64,000 nucleotides of DNA, taken from the NCBI GenBank assembly GCA_965153285.1, contig OZ229114.1; one strand, 5' to 3'. A program made the position numbers and the translations under genes. The notes under the pieces are model-generated. The model had not been told where the DNA came from and searched no databases. It saw only the letters and a list, made by a program, of their open reading frames with translations. This document shows, piece by piece, positions 29,118-42,262 of the stretch; the stretch's first letter is position 1; each line of letters begins with the position of its first letter. Source of the DNA: Podarcis tiliguerta (lineage: Eukaryota).

Positions 29118-30540
29118 CCTTATACCTTGCTGCCTAGAAGAGAGCTGTTCCTTCAACAGTGAATCAGCTCAGGCTGGGAGGCTCCATTGCTTCATGGCTC
29201 TCAGTCAGCCTGTCCCCCTCCTCCCAAATATCCTCATGTACTACTGATAACTCTGAAGATCCTGCCTGACTCTCCATATTCTCTGTTCCTGTGGTCCCAG
29301 GGGAGATTTGGGGGGTTGGGGTGTGTGTGTCTGTGTCTGTGTGCCAGCAGGAACTCAGACAACTGAAGTGGGCAGTGGTGGCTGGTAACATTTTTAACCA
29401 TGCTTTTTTCATAATAAGATGACCTGTATGGCACTTATTTAGGAAAGTGTGGCATTATACTTGTGCAGAGTGATATTGTCTCCTCCTCTAAAAAATTAAA
29501 CAAAACTCTGCATCTATGAGCAGGGAAAGAGTTTCTTTGTAAGAGGGCCCAAGTACAATTTTCAGAAAAGAATGACTCCATACCGCCTATGTAGAAATTA
29601 AGCCTATATTCTATATAATATGACATAAAGTTTTGAGTACATGAATACAAGTTCTTTGCCAAAAAACTAAAAATACTTTTAAAATGTGATGGAAATTTGC
29701 TTCCAGTTTCATGCAGCCCTGTCCCCACAAAAAATCAGTATAACTATTCATTATCCAAAAGACTCTTTTCTCTAAATTAAAAGAACAAATACTGAGCTAT
29801 AAAAACAGCTCCTCAAAGGAGGAAACACTCACTGTTTTCTCTGGCCTAATGGTATGTCTATTCCCATACTATTTCCAACAGTGGCCAGCCAGATGCTACT
29901 TGGGAAGTCCCTGTTTTGTACCTGCTAAGTCCCTGTTTGGTGTCCCCAGCTTGACAATCAGATGTCCCCAGCTTGACATCTGAATATGGATGTTCCATCT
30001 CCTGTGGCTAAAATATCTTCTTGACTGACCTGTCCTCCTTTAATTCTGCAAAGAGTTAACTATGTTATTGCCTGTTACAACACAGTATGACATTGAACTC
30101 CATATATTTATTGTGCAGGTTTTTAAAAATAAAAATACTGCCTTCAAAGTTATGAAGCAATTATTTCCTTTTGTAATTCCCGTTCATGTTTTGAGATAAT
30201 TTCTCTAAGTTTACATTTCTTAGTGTTCACAGTCTGATATCATTGATCATGCAGCTTCCTACACCAAAAGGTTCAAATATTTCGCTCAGTGGTAGAGCAC
30301 ATGCATGAAAATTCTTGCTATAAAGGATTTTCAGTAACTGGGTAGGAAACCACCCCTGCCAGAATTCCTGTGATTAATTTGAGTCAGTGTTGACTGGGAG
30401 TATAATCTTTTGTCCTGCTATTCACACTTGAGCTCCGCCCTGGAATTTGCGATGTAATAGCATGTATGCATTTATGAATTAATGAATGAATACGTACATA
30501 TATAAAGCTTTTGCAGAATGCTTTTCTTATGCCACTATGT

Positions 30541-30676
30541 CAGGGTTTCCCAAACTTGGGTCTCCAGCTGTTTTTGGACTACAGTTCTCACCATCCCTGA
30601 CCACTGGCCCTGCTAGCTAGGGATGATGGAAGTTGTAGTCCAAAAACAGCTGGAGACCCAAGTTTGAAAAACCCTG
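30541..30676. mobile_element. Palindromic hAT-type MITE with 8-bp TSD
   Basis: 43-bp inverted arms with 2 mismatches; TSD cactatgt at 30533-30540 and 30677-30684. Confidence 0.92.
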
Positions 30677-32851
30677 CACTATGTCATCACTACTTTCACA
30701 TATCTCGGAATAGCAAACCAGGGCTTCCTTCTTTTGACAGTTGGAGCAATGCAGTAGAGAAAAGTATAACCTATGAGCCAGGAATCCTTCAAGCACAAAT
30801 GTTGCCTCAGCCATGGACTCACTAGCCCAAGGAAAGTCACTGTCTTCTAGTTTCAACCATCATCTGCGACATGAGAATAATGCTACTGGTCCACTGTACT
30901 TTAATGGTTACTGAGATGATGTATGTGAAGCACTATGAATGCTTAAGAAAGTGCTATGTAAATGCAGAATAGTAGTAGTAGTAGCAATAATAGTGTTCCA
31001 GGTCAGAGGGAGCGATTCCTGGGCTTGACCTGAACAACTTGCCCTTCTATTTTTGGAAACTAAGCACGGACCATTCACATTCTGATGGTCTGCGTTTTTG
31101 TTAGCAGCCATTGTTATATAGCTATGACATTCTTGTAGAGTTTCCTTCCCCTTCAACTGCTGATATGTCCTCTAGACCCGAGTTCTGCCTCAGCAACCTT
31201 TCCTTGGTTTTCTTTGTCTGGGAACATCTGTTCAGATGGGGAAACAATGACCTTTTGCCTCGGCTGAGGCAAAGAGCTACCCTAGCAGGCACTAAGAAGA
31301 TTAAAGGAAGGCTGCACTGATAGCTTTCATGCTGCTCCAGTGGTTCTCAGCAGTGAGAGGAGAGAATACAAATGGGCAAAAGGGCTGTAGGCAAGCAGAA
31401 GAAAGAAGCTGGTAATCTCCTCCACCCTTGTCACTTCACTTTTATTCCCAGTTTATTTCAGGTCTATTTCAAAAATAAAAGGGAATGCAACTGATTTCAA
31501 GCATGCCCCTTAAGGAAGAACTAAGCATTATGCTACATAATATGGGGAAGCTGTTAAAATGAGTTTGATTCTTGCCCTTTAACATCCAGTACAACCTACT
31601 CTGAATCCTGATGCAATAACTCAACATGTTTCACTACCTCTGCCAGTGGCAGCCAGTTAGGTAAAGAAACACCCAGCATCATGTCAAGATGGGGGAAAGT
31701 GAGATAGATGCTACCAGGTTGGAAGGAGACTCAACGTAGGGCTGCCATTTTTAGTGGCAGCATCACCTTCCTTATAAATTTTAATTCCCCCTTTAGCTTT
31801 ATGTCCTCTTTCAGATGCTGCTGCTGAATGACCCTGGAATATTTTTGCAATTGCGCACTTTTTAATTCTGTATGGATTAATCTGGTATAAACATCACTCA
31901 CTAATTATATTCTTCATGAATTGCTCAGAATGACTTGCTCATCTTATGTGGTCCTACTGTATGTAAGCCCTGTTTGGGCTGGCTTTCAAGGTAGAGAATT
32001 AAGCTGGCTGTTTCATGTTGATTAAATTTTATTATGCCAGTTCCCATATGATCTGTGTTCCTCAACCGGCAGCCTATGGGCACATCAGGCTCACCAACTG
32101 GCCCCTCAAGTCGATTGCAATCATAACTTTTTCTTTTGCTAATGCTGGTTGTACCTTAAGGAATGCCACTCCCATAGGTTCTTTCCTGAGCCCTTAGATC
32201 AGCTGGCTGTGTTCCATGTTTGAATTCAGGAATGCCCTATACTGAATAAAGTGGCTTACTCTCAGATTCCCCCTAGAGAACGAAATCTGTTTCTAAAACA
32301 TAATAATAAATTCAGGCACTTTGGAGAATTTATTTATCTATTGCTTTCTTGGTTCCATGGCCTCACATAGGTGAGGAGTGTGAGAGTGTGGGGCTTGGCC
32401 TTCTCCATCATGTCACCAACATTATGGTGAGCTGTGGCAGGTTTCCTCTCTACTGATTCTACGTCACCAGCTGAAAACTTAGCTTTTCCAGAATACTTTC
32501 CCTGAGGTCTATTTTAATGTTATGAACACTTGCATTGTTGGTTAACTATGGGATTCTTAGTTGGCTGTTTTTATTGTGGGATGTATATTTTTAGCTTTGC
32601 AGTAAGCAGCTACAAGTGCTGTGTAAATAGAAGAGAATGCAGCAAAGAAGTATTTGAATATATACCTAAGTAAGCAGGAAGTGATGCAACCAGGGATGGC
32701 TGCACTAGCAGCCATTGGAAGCAACATAAGCATGTGACTGGTGATAGGATCCTGGGGTTGGGGGGCCTGGCAGGCCTCATAAAACTGCCATATATTGTCT
32801 GTGCAGTCGCTACAAGTCAGATGTGCTTTAACTAGGCAGGCAGGATCAGTG

Positions 32852-33067
32852 CACTGGTGGAGGAGGAGGGGGGCAGGGGGAGCGCACTACCCCCAGCAGC
32901 GCGATCCCGGTGGGGTGCCATTGCGCCTGCCCCCCGCGCTGGGTGCCATGCCCCTGCAGGCAGCACGCCACCCCCCAGGACGTGTGCCATGCCCCCCGGG
33001 ACACATGCCAGCCATGCCCCTGCCTGCTCTCCACCCCCCAGTGCCGGAGCGTGAAGCTCCACCACTG
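32852..33067. mobile_element. GC-rich hAT-type MITE with 8-bp TSD
   Basis: TIR cactggtggag/ctccaccactg (10/11); TSD gatcagtg at 32844-32851 and 33068-33075. Confidence 0.85.
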
Positions 33068-35253
33068 GATCAGTGAAACGCACATACTAGGAAATCAGCT
33101 CTGATTTGTATACAATGACTAGTACATGCATGCCTTAGAATAGATCAGAACCAAGCCTTAAAGCCATGGTAATTGCTTGATAAAGCCATTTCAAACAGGA
33201 AAAGGAAAATAGGTTAACCAACTAATGCTGGGATCTGTGGGAAGGAAGAATGTTGACCCAAGCACGATTTTAAAAGCACTTGGTAATGAGACTGACTCAA
33301 ATATTTAAATATATAACTAAGCCGTTCCTTATCCTCCCAGATGCATGTCCTCCAACGAAACTAGAAATAGGTGGTACCTTACTCCTAAGCCATGTATCAC
33401 TACTAATCTGCCAGAAGGCCAAAAACCATTTCCCTGCTTCCATCCCTCCATCACAGGCAATAGTAAAACAGCAAAATTATTTCTCTTAGCAAGCAATTAG
33501 AAGTGATTAAATGCAATGAGAAATAAAATGGCAGATTTATTCTGGGGGAAAGGAGAAATAGGAAGGAGTGAAAAATAAATGTTATGATAATGCTGAACTC
33601 TGTAGGCTGATAATGACATTGCTCTTCTAGGATGGAATTGCCTCCTACTCCAACCAGCATCATCATTACATATCTTGGCCCTACGATCAGTACCCGTCAC
33701 AACCCTTCATATTGACAAATGCCCTGTCCACTTGCATCTGTGGAGAATGTTTTAGCAGCTGAGTGATTATGAATCAAAACCCAGAGCTTCCAGCCCTTAC
33801 TGCTTCCCTCTGCTTTCCCATTTGTCTCCTGACAAGTAAATGTATCTTGACTTTCCTCTGAGATTTTTTTTTTTTTGCACAATGTTTGATGAAAGACATT
33901 TGGCAAATTGGCAGTGGAACCCTGTACATTGCAATTTGTAGTGAGCATTAGAAGTCTGAGCATGGAATGGAAGAGCAGGCTACGGGCGAAAAGGAGAGAA
34001 AAATACCAGCGCTAAGCAGAATATGAATAGTCATTTCAAGGAAATGAGCAGACATTTATTTTGGACTAAAAAGAGAAAGTGCAAACCAAATTACTATATT
34101 TATATTGTATCTTAGTATGAAAAATGTAAGCCAAATAAGTCTTCTTCCATATATATTTCTCTGAATGATGAGTAACACTGAGCCTGATGGAGCCACTTTT
34201 GTGTAAGTGCAATGTAAGCGAGAAGAAAATCAGTTCAGATTCCCGGGCTCATGAACTTATTTACTATATTGGGTTTTCTGCAAAATGGTCATAATTAGGA
34301 TGGGGGGAGGGGGAGTAGGCTTGCCCTAGGGCAATTCTGTAATCATTCAGGACAAAGGGTATGATTCTACGAACTTCTTTCAATCTGAGTAATATTATTA
34401 GTTGTCAGTTCAGTGTTGAAGTGAGAAAATTATTAAGGCTATTATACATTAATCTTGAAGATACAGAGTAATTTGAACACTTCATTATTTGCAGCGGCAT
34501 CCTGTAGTGTTACTTTTCCATCAAGCAGAGGCTGCAGGCATAAGCATTTCCTGAAGAACCTTTGCTTCACCGTCTAGGCATGCATCTCTTCTACTCATTG
34601 TAAATGCCTGTATCTCCCCTGCTACCTTATTCTTAGGGGGACACAGTACTATTGCATAAGTTGGACTGTGTTCAGTGGAATTTACTCCAAAGTAAGTGCA
34701 GTTAAGGATAGGAGCCTTGGTTACTTCTGCTTTTGTGAAGCATGTAGCACTGAGTTGACACTTTGGCTACTACTAATGCTTCTGCAACTATTTCACATTC
34801 TTATGTCTGGATTCATACTGTTTTTATTTACGCATTTATGTATTCAAAAAAAGTCTGGAATAGCTTCATTAGGTGTGATCTTCCAGTCACACACAAAACT
34901 CTTATCAGGGTGCAGTCAGGGTGCAGCACTAGAGATTATTTGTATTTTACCATAAGGACTAGTTCAGGTATACAGGTTCATCACTTGATTACTCTACTCC
35001 TGATTACTGAACACATGATAATTGGCAGCTGAATGTGTGAACTAACACCACTGAAAAGCATTGCTTTGGAGGTGATAAAAAAGTTGTCATTCCTCTGTCT
35101 CTGGAACTCTGACCTAACTAGATGTGATTGAAATCTTGCTGAATTTTGTTCTGATGGGGTAAAAAGAAGCAGGCAGCATAACAGGGTGGATATACCTTAT
35201 TTACTCTACATAGCTCTTTATCCAGAACCATATGTGTGTACCATTGCGTAGCT

Positions 35254-35552
35254 CAGGGGTCAGCAAAAATTTTGTGGCTTGGGCTGGTTCACGGTCCCGC
35301 AGATGCCACGGTGGGCTGGAGTGCGCGCACACAAGCATGCGCAAACACTATTTACGGCGCTCCTTCTGGTGCAGAGGAGGCGTGCGCAGCTTCCCATTGG
35401 CTGTGGGAGCTTCTTGCAGCCAATGGGAAGCCAGCTAGTGACGTGGAAGGAGATCCCTGCTATGCTCCGTGCGGCGCACGGGAGCAGACTGAGCCGGTGG
35501 CGGGGGTCCATGGGCCACTTGTGGCCCGTGGGCTTTAGGTTGCCGACCCCTG
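35254..35552. mobile_element. hAT (Charlie-like) MITE
   Basis: TIR caggggtcagcaa/ttgccgacccctg; degenerate TSD gcgtagct vs gtatagct (difference at a CpG). Confidence 0.8.
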
Positions 35553-36452
35553 GTATAGCTCCTTAACACACAGAGAGAGGCATCCTGGAAATTACTCAGG
35601 ACCGCTGCCTGGCCTGTCCCAAGCCTGCCTGCCTGTGGGGAGCTAGTGTGCGCTGTGGCAGCAGCTGGCCACAGAGGGCGAGGGCCAAGAAGGGTGCCAA
35701 GCAGAACTGGTGACGGGATGGGGGTGCAGACACATGGCAGGGAGAAGGTGCCTTCTACCCTGTGCCAGTGGTTGATCGAAGGCAAACCTTCCCTCACTCA
35801 GGCAACTTCCGGGCAGCAGCAGCAGCGAGCAAGGGAAGGCCTATTTATTTATTTATTTATTTGCAACCCAGATGCACGTAAGTGGGAGGGTGCCTGTAGA
35901 GGATGGATGGATGGATTTATTATGATTACAGACTATTAAACAGGAAAATATTATCTTTTGTGGCATTATACAAACATATCTACTGTACACACATAGAGTA
36001 ACAACAGTAAAGCCTTGAATTAGTCCCAAGGTGGAGGCTCAGCGCTAATTTTCATGGAGCAAGATGGCCACTAGAAAATTGGATGACAGGCTAGAAACAT
36101 AAACTGATTTATGTGTAACTGCTTTTTTCTTTTGTGAATTATACTGTAAATCAGTAAGAAGGTTGTGTTACCTCTAACAAAGCTGTAGTATCTCAGAAAT
36201 GTAGCATCAGTTAAACTGGCTTGAGACCAGTTTATGTTGGTAATATTTCCTTATCAGCATATAATAACAAGGTGGAATAAATACTGTGTCATTGAAATAG
36301 CAACAACTTTTATTGTTTCTTCTAGTTAAAAAAGAAAAGCAGAGTTTTCAATAGTACACTTTTTTAAATGGAGCTCTTTGTTGACCAGATTGTGCTAATT
36401 CTCTTTGGAGTACAAGAATGTCCTCACAATGATTTCCCCCTCCTCCTTGCAG

Positions 36453-36619
36453 ATGTCAGCTATAGAAAACATGGCTGAAAAGCTAGAGAGTTTTAGTGCC
36501 CTGAAACCAGAAGCCGGTGACATCATGCAATCTGTCCCTTCCATGTTCAACTTCAGAGCCCCTCCCAGCACCCTGCCAGAGAACCTTCTACGAAAAGGCA
36601 AAGAGCGCTATACCTGCAG
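36453..36619 (+). CDS. MECOM: MECOM exon leading into ZF8
   Basis: ccttgcag acceptor; [56 protein letters not shown]; 167 nt; donor gtaaac. Confidence 0.97.
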
Positions 36620-37612
36620 GTAAACTCTCCAAGCTAATTACCCACAACAGCCTCCCTTAATATCTCTCTTCTCTTGCAAGCCACTGCTGTTTATTTTAGA
36701 AATTACTCAAGATTGGATGATGAATAGGGATTATGGTGGGTCACTGGCATTTTAAAAGGTTCTTTATTCAGCAAGACATGGTCATAGTGTTTGATTCTGT
36801 GTTTGTTTGCAATTACAGGAGAAATTTGTCCTGCATTACCTTGCGCTTGATAAATGAGGCCAAAACATTACATACGCTGCCTTGTTCCAAAATTTCCTCA
36901 TCACCTTTATATTAATACATGATCTTTTCCCTCGTAATTTTTTTCTGATCATGAACTGCAAGACTGTTTTTCACTTGGTCTTTCCTTTGGTAATGCCAGA
37001 AGGGAAATTCCACAAGATCTGTGAATGATTAGATGTGTTAAAAAAACTGAGTCGTCACTGCAAATATTTGGCTCAAATCAACTTTGTCCTAAAGAAATCA
37101 ATGGAAGTTTTGTCTCAGAGTTTGGATCCATCTTATAGACATCTGTAGCCTTTCAGGTCCTAAGTGGCAGACCAGTTGTTAGACTCAGAGAGTGCTTTTC
37201 TGTTGACCTCAGAATTTAATGAATTTCACACATCATTATGGTGCAAATGTGAATTGGAAAATTTGTTACAATTTAAATAGTGAATGTTCTGGATAATGCC
37301 CTTGACCAGTATCACAGTTTATACTCACCCATGTCTGAAATAATATTGAGTCTTGTTAATTTATTTTAGTAGGTTGAAGGATAAATGATTATGCACTCCT
37401 GTCACTTTTAAAAGGGGGCGAGTGCACGTGTACCTCTCTCAACAATGCCCCAACATGCCAGATATTTTCTTATTCTCTCCCCACCCTCCAAAGAATGAAA
37501 TTGACAAGACTAAAAGCTATTTCTGATCTGGCACAGTCAATTTTACCACTTTCTTTATTTGCGTGGGACTAGGTTTCTGTATGGAATTTTTAAAACAGGC
37601 CTATTCCTTCAC

Positions 37613-37977
37613 GGACGCGGGTGGCGCTGTGGGTTAAAGCCTCAGTGCCTAGGGCTTGCCGATCGAAAGGTCGGCGATTCGAATCCCCGCGGCGGGGTGC
37701 GCTCCCGCTGTTCGGTCCCAGCGCCTGCCAACCTAGCAGTTCGAAAGCACCCCTGGGTGCAAGTAGATAAATAGGGACCGCTTACTAGCGGGAAGGTAAA
37801 CGGTGTTTCCGTGTGCGGCTCTGGCTCGCCAGAGCAGCGATGTCACGCTGGCCACGTGACCCGGAAGTGTCTTCGGACAGCGCTGGCCCTTGGCCTCTTT
37901 GAGTGAGATGGGCGCACAACCCTAGAGTCTGTCAAGACTGGCCCGTACGGGCAGGGGTACCTTTACCTTTACCTTTA
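37613..37977 (+). mobile_element. Full-length Sauria SINE with 12-bp TSD
   Basis: tRNA-like head, CpG-rich body, (ACCTTT)3 tail; TSD ctattccttcac at 37601-37612 and 37978-37989. Confidence 0.93.
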
Positions 37978-38410
37978 CTATTCCTTCACAATACTCTAGC
38001 CCTTCATTATGTTTAGACAGTTGTAAAGGAATTGATACTGAGCCAAGCCTACCTTCATGGTAGCTCCATTCAGAAAAGTTTGGAATTATTCCCTTATGAT
38101 CGCCATCTGTGTACTCCAGAGGCAACAGCAATCCCATGTAAACGTCATGGAATAGACATGGAGTCTGCTGATTTAGACAAAACCACTGTATCACAAGTTT
38201 GCATTTATCTGAACAATGTTGCTTTTGACAAGCTCTGTTGTCTTCTACTCTGGCTGGTATCATTAGATTAGATCATTAGATCCCAAATAAAGGCCCAAGC
38301 CATTTGCACAAGCTCTGCATTTATTAATGCTGGTTGTGCATTCACAGTGCTTGCTTGATGGATGATGCAACGGGCACGCTACAGGTATTTTATATAATAA
38401 TAGAATAAGC

Positions 38411-38541
38411 CATAGAGTTGGAACAGACCACGAGGGTTATCTAGTCCAACCTGCTGCAAAGCAGGAATCTTTTGCCCAACATGGGGCTGGAACCCCTGAC
38501 CCTCAGATTAAGAGTCTCATGCTCTACTGACTGAACTATCC
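38411..38541 (-). mobile_element. tRNA-Lys-derived SINE with CR1-type tail
   Basis: The minus strand reads gatagttcagtcagtagagcatgagactcttaatctgagggtcaggggttccagccccatgttgggc, then gattcctgc...ggttggactagat...ttccaactctatg. Confidence 0.82.
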
Positions 38542-39726
38542 ATCATGGGCCATCTTCAGCTTTGTTTGAATACCCCAATGCTGTAGCTGTTTGGTAGCAT
38601 ATAAATAAAGATAAAGGTATTTCACAAGCTAATTCATGTAGTATTCCAGAGCTGGTCCCACCATGTAGCACAGTGAACTAGCCGACTTCAGATGGCATAG
38701 GGCTGCAGTAGGGGTGTAGATGAGGGCAGGAATTTTTGTTTGAATGTTGCAGCTAGACTCTTTACGTGTTGGTCCTTGTGGAAAAGGGGCACCATCTGGG
38801 CTCCAGTTCATGCAGCAAAATATATTGGGCTGGCACTGTACTATTCTTTTTCATGGTCACAATGTGGTTTTACCTTGTCTCCTTCATGTGCCACACAGCT
38901 GGTATTTACTACACAAGGATCTGTTTGTTTTCCATTTCCGCCCCCTCTAGTTGCAGCAAATATCAGCTATCTTCATGTAGAGCAGGAATAGGCAACTCTG
39001 GCATGCCAGATGTTGTCAGATTCCGAGTCCAGCCCTAGTCAATATGGACAGTGGGCAGGAATACACCATCTGAATTTGACAGGATGAAATAATCTCATAA
39101 TGGCTTTACTTGGTCAACAAGTGGTGTTCAAATTGATCTATGATCATCTAGAAATGTCATTTAGGATTTATATTTTGGATGCATATTTTCAGGGAAATGT
39201 TCCTGATTTGGCAGAATAACCTGATGCTGCCATTTCAGTTTTCTATTTATTTTTTTAGCTTGGTATTTATGACCCTATCTCATTTTCAGAATGTTAGTTT
39301 ATGTGTTTGATAACTGTCATATCAGTTTATCTGATCTTTCTGAAAACATGTCAGCTACTTTCAAGTCACACTATTACAGAAGCATACCTTGATGGATTAG
39401 GTCTCTTGAATTGTGTCTGATCTGATCTTTCACAGATGGAATGATGCCACGTTTACTGACACATTGAATATGCTGAACAATTTAAAACCTCTTTCCATCA
39501 AGCCAAGATTCTAAACCTTGGATAAAAGAGTTCCCGTCCCCCATAAGCATTTAGCTGGGGAAGTGACAAAGTTAATAAGTGTAGCATGTCGGGATGAACA
39601 TTCAAATGAAAGTCTGCTCTCATAGATTTCTGAGGCTTGCACTGGAAAATTCAGACATCACCACCTTAATCCATAAGGTTTTGATTCAATATATTTATTG
39701 AAGCTACTTTCAGAAATATTTAAATA

Positions 39727-39953
39727 CAGTGGTATCTTGAGTTACAAATGCCTCAGGTTACAAGCGCTTCAGGTTACAGACTCCGCTAACCTGTAAGAGT
39801 TGAGAACTTTGCCCCAGGATGAGAAAGGAAATCGTGCGCTGGTGGCGCAGCAGCAGCAAGAGGCCCCATTAGTGAAAGCACACCTCTAAGAATAGTTTCA
39901 GGTTAAGAACAAACCTCCGGAACGAATTAAGTTCATAACTAGCGGTACCACTG
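39727..39953. mobile_element. Tc1/mariner MITE, same family as 23716-23941 but inverted
   Basis: TA-cagtggta...taccactg-TA; internal sequence is the reverse complement of the 23.7-kb copy (e.g. ggaacgaattaagt vs acttaattcgttcc). Confidence 0.85.
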
Positions 39954-40041
39954 TACACCAAAGAAGCAGTTCCATCCAGTATTGGTTTGAAGTTAGGACT
40001 ATGCATTTTATTTCTTTATGTATCTTAAAGCAAAACATTAA

Positions 40042-40176
<135 letters not shown>

Positions 40177-40832
40177 TAGCCACAGACTCTTATTGGCTGT
40201 TAGCGCTCCATACTGCAGCCTTTGACCTCCAAAGAGTTTTCACTCTTAAAAATGAAATGAGGTTTTAGAATGTGCTATGTGAAACACAGTTGACAATACT
40301 TTCTAATAAATGTGTGGGGAAACCTGGTCCAAGTGCTTTAACACAACCCCAATGGAATGCTCACAAAACCCTTCAGAGGCAAAAGACACCCAGGAACTTG
40401 AGAGTTAATAACCATAGTGCTGAGCATACATAGTTTTGATTCCTGCAGATGCCTTCAAAAGTGAATGAATGAAGCATTCCTGATAATGTAAAATGACACA
40501 TGCTGGTCCTTCTGGTTTTGGAGTTGCAGATGCACAACTCACCTGGAGCGGGGAGAGAGGGCCGCACTAGGTGTGACATTATACACATCTTTGTATGTGT
40601 TATGTGTGACATTATGTGTCTTTAAACCAACATGCATATTTTTAAAAAAAATGCAAATCACATTCAATGGGATGGGTGGGATGGGAGGTTAATATTAATC
40701 AGAATTATAGCAGTCTTGGTAGGGGATTTTCACCTGATGTGAGCAGACACCTCTGAGAAGACATTTTAATCTGGACCATAGCAAGAAGGAAAATATTAAG
40801 TTCTCCCTTTACAGCTGTCCTTAAATGTGTCG

Positions 40833-40906
40833 TCTTCTTCTTCTTCTTCTTCTTCTCCTCCTCCTCCTCCTCCTCCTCCTCCTCCTCCTCCTCCTCCTCT
40901 CCTCCC
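40833..40906. repeat. Compound (TCT)n(CCT)n microsatellite
   Basis: Seen directly. Confidence 0.95.
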
Positions 40907-40907
40907 A

Positions 40908-41255
40908 TTTATTTATTTATTTCTATACCACCCATCATCCAAAGATCACAGGGTGATTTACAATATAAAAACACAAGAATACATACTGTAGTAACAAACA
41001 AAAACAGTAACACCCCCAAACAGTTTAAAATACCATAGATTGTTCTATCAGCCAAAGGCCTGGGAGAAGAGGAATGTTTTCGCCTGGCACCTTTGTTTAC
41101 ATATCTTTAGCCTCCCTGGGAAGAGCATTCCACAAGTGGGGAGCCACCTCGGAAAAGGCCCATTCTTGTGTTGCCACCCTCTGGACCTCTCACAGAGGAA
41201 TCACACTAAGAAGGGCCTCAGATGATGATCACAGGATCTGCGTCGGTTCAAATGG
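40908..41255 (-). mobile_element. L2-like LINE 3' end
   Basis: (TTTA)n tail, then aaaggcctgggagaagaggaatgttttcgcctggc...gggaagagcattccacaagtggggagccacc...gaaaaggccc, typical of the reverse strand of squamate L2. Confidence 0.65.
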
Positions 41256-41524
41256 CTGGGAATCCTGGAAGATCATCTTCCTGCCTTGCAGGCCTTTTCC
41301 CACCTGGCCTGGGGAGGGTAGCGCCCTGACTGATTCCAGCTACATACCGTATTTTTCGCCCTATAAGATGCACTTTTTCCCCTCCAAAAATGAAGGGGAA
41401 ATGTGTGTGCGTCTTATGGGGCGAATGCAGGCTCATTGGCTTCAGCGATAGCAACGCGAAGCCTCCGAAGCCTGCGCTCCGGAGGCTTTGCGTTGCTTCC
41501 GCTGAAGCCAGGAGAGTCTGCTCT

Positions 41525-42262
41525 TTGAGGCTGGCGGTGGGGGAAAGCAGCGCTTCCCCCATGGCCAGCCCCAGAGGATGGGGGGCAGCAGGAAGGCGCG
41601 CGACGCCTTCCTGCTACTCTCCGACCCGGCTTTGAGGCTGGCGGGGGGAAAGCAGCGCTTCCCCCATTGCCAGCCCCAGAGGATGGGGGGCAGCAGGAAG
41701 GCGCGCGACACCTTCCCGCTACTCTCCAACCCGGGTTGGAGGCTGGGGGGAAAGCAGCGCTTCCCCCATTGCCAGCCCCAGAGGTTGGGGGGCAGCAGGA
41801 AGGCGCGCGACGCCTTCCCGCTACTCTCCAACCCGGGTTGGAGGCTGGCGGGGGGGGGGGAAAGCAGCGCTTCCCCCATTGCCAGCATCAGAGGATGGGG
41901 GGCAGCAGGAAGGCGCGCGACGCCTTCCTGCTACTCTCCGACCCGGCTTTGAGGCTGGCGGGGGGGAAAGCAGCGCTTCCCCCATTGCCAGCCCCAGAGG
42001 TTGGGGGGCAGCAGGAAGGCGCGCGATGCCTTCCCGCTACTCTCCAACCCGGGTTTGAGGCTGGCGGGGGGGAAAGCAGCGCTTCCCCCATTGCCAGCCC
42101 CAGAGGATGGGGGGCAGCAGGAAGGCGCGCGATGCCTTCCTGCTACTCTCCAACCCGGGTTTGAGGCTGGCGGGGGGGGGAAAGCAGCGCTTCCCCCATG
42201 GCCAGCCCCAGAGGATGGGGGGCAGCGGGAAGGCGTGCGACGCCATCCCACTACTCTCCAAC
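41525..42262. repeat. Tandem array 1: 7 x about 106-bp GC-rich units
   Basis: Units start near 41525, 41632, 41737, 41839, 41949, 42055 and 42161; length differences lie mostly in a poly-G tract. Confidence 0.93.
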
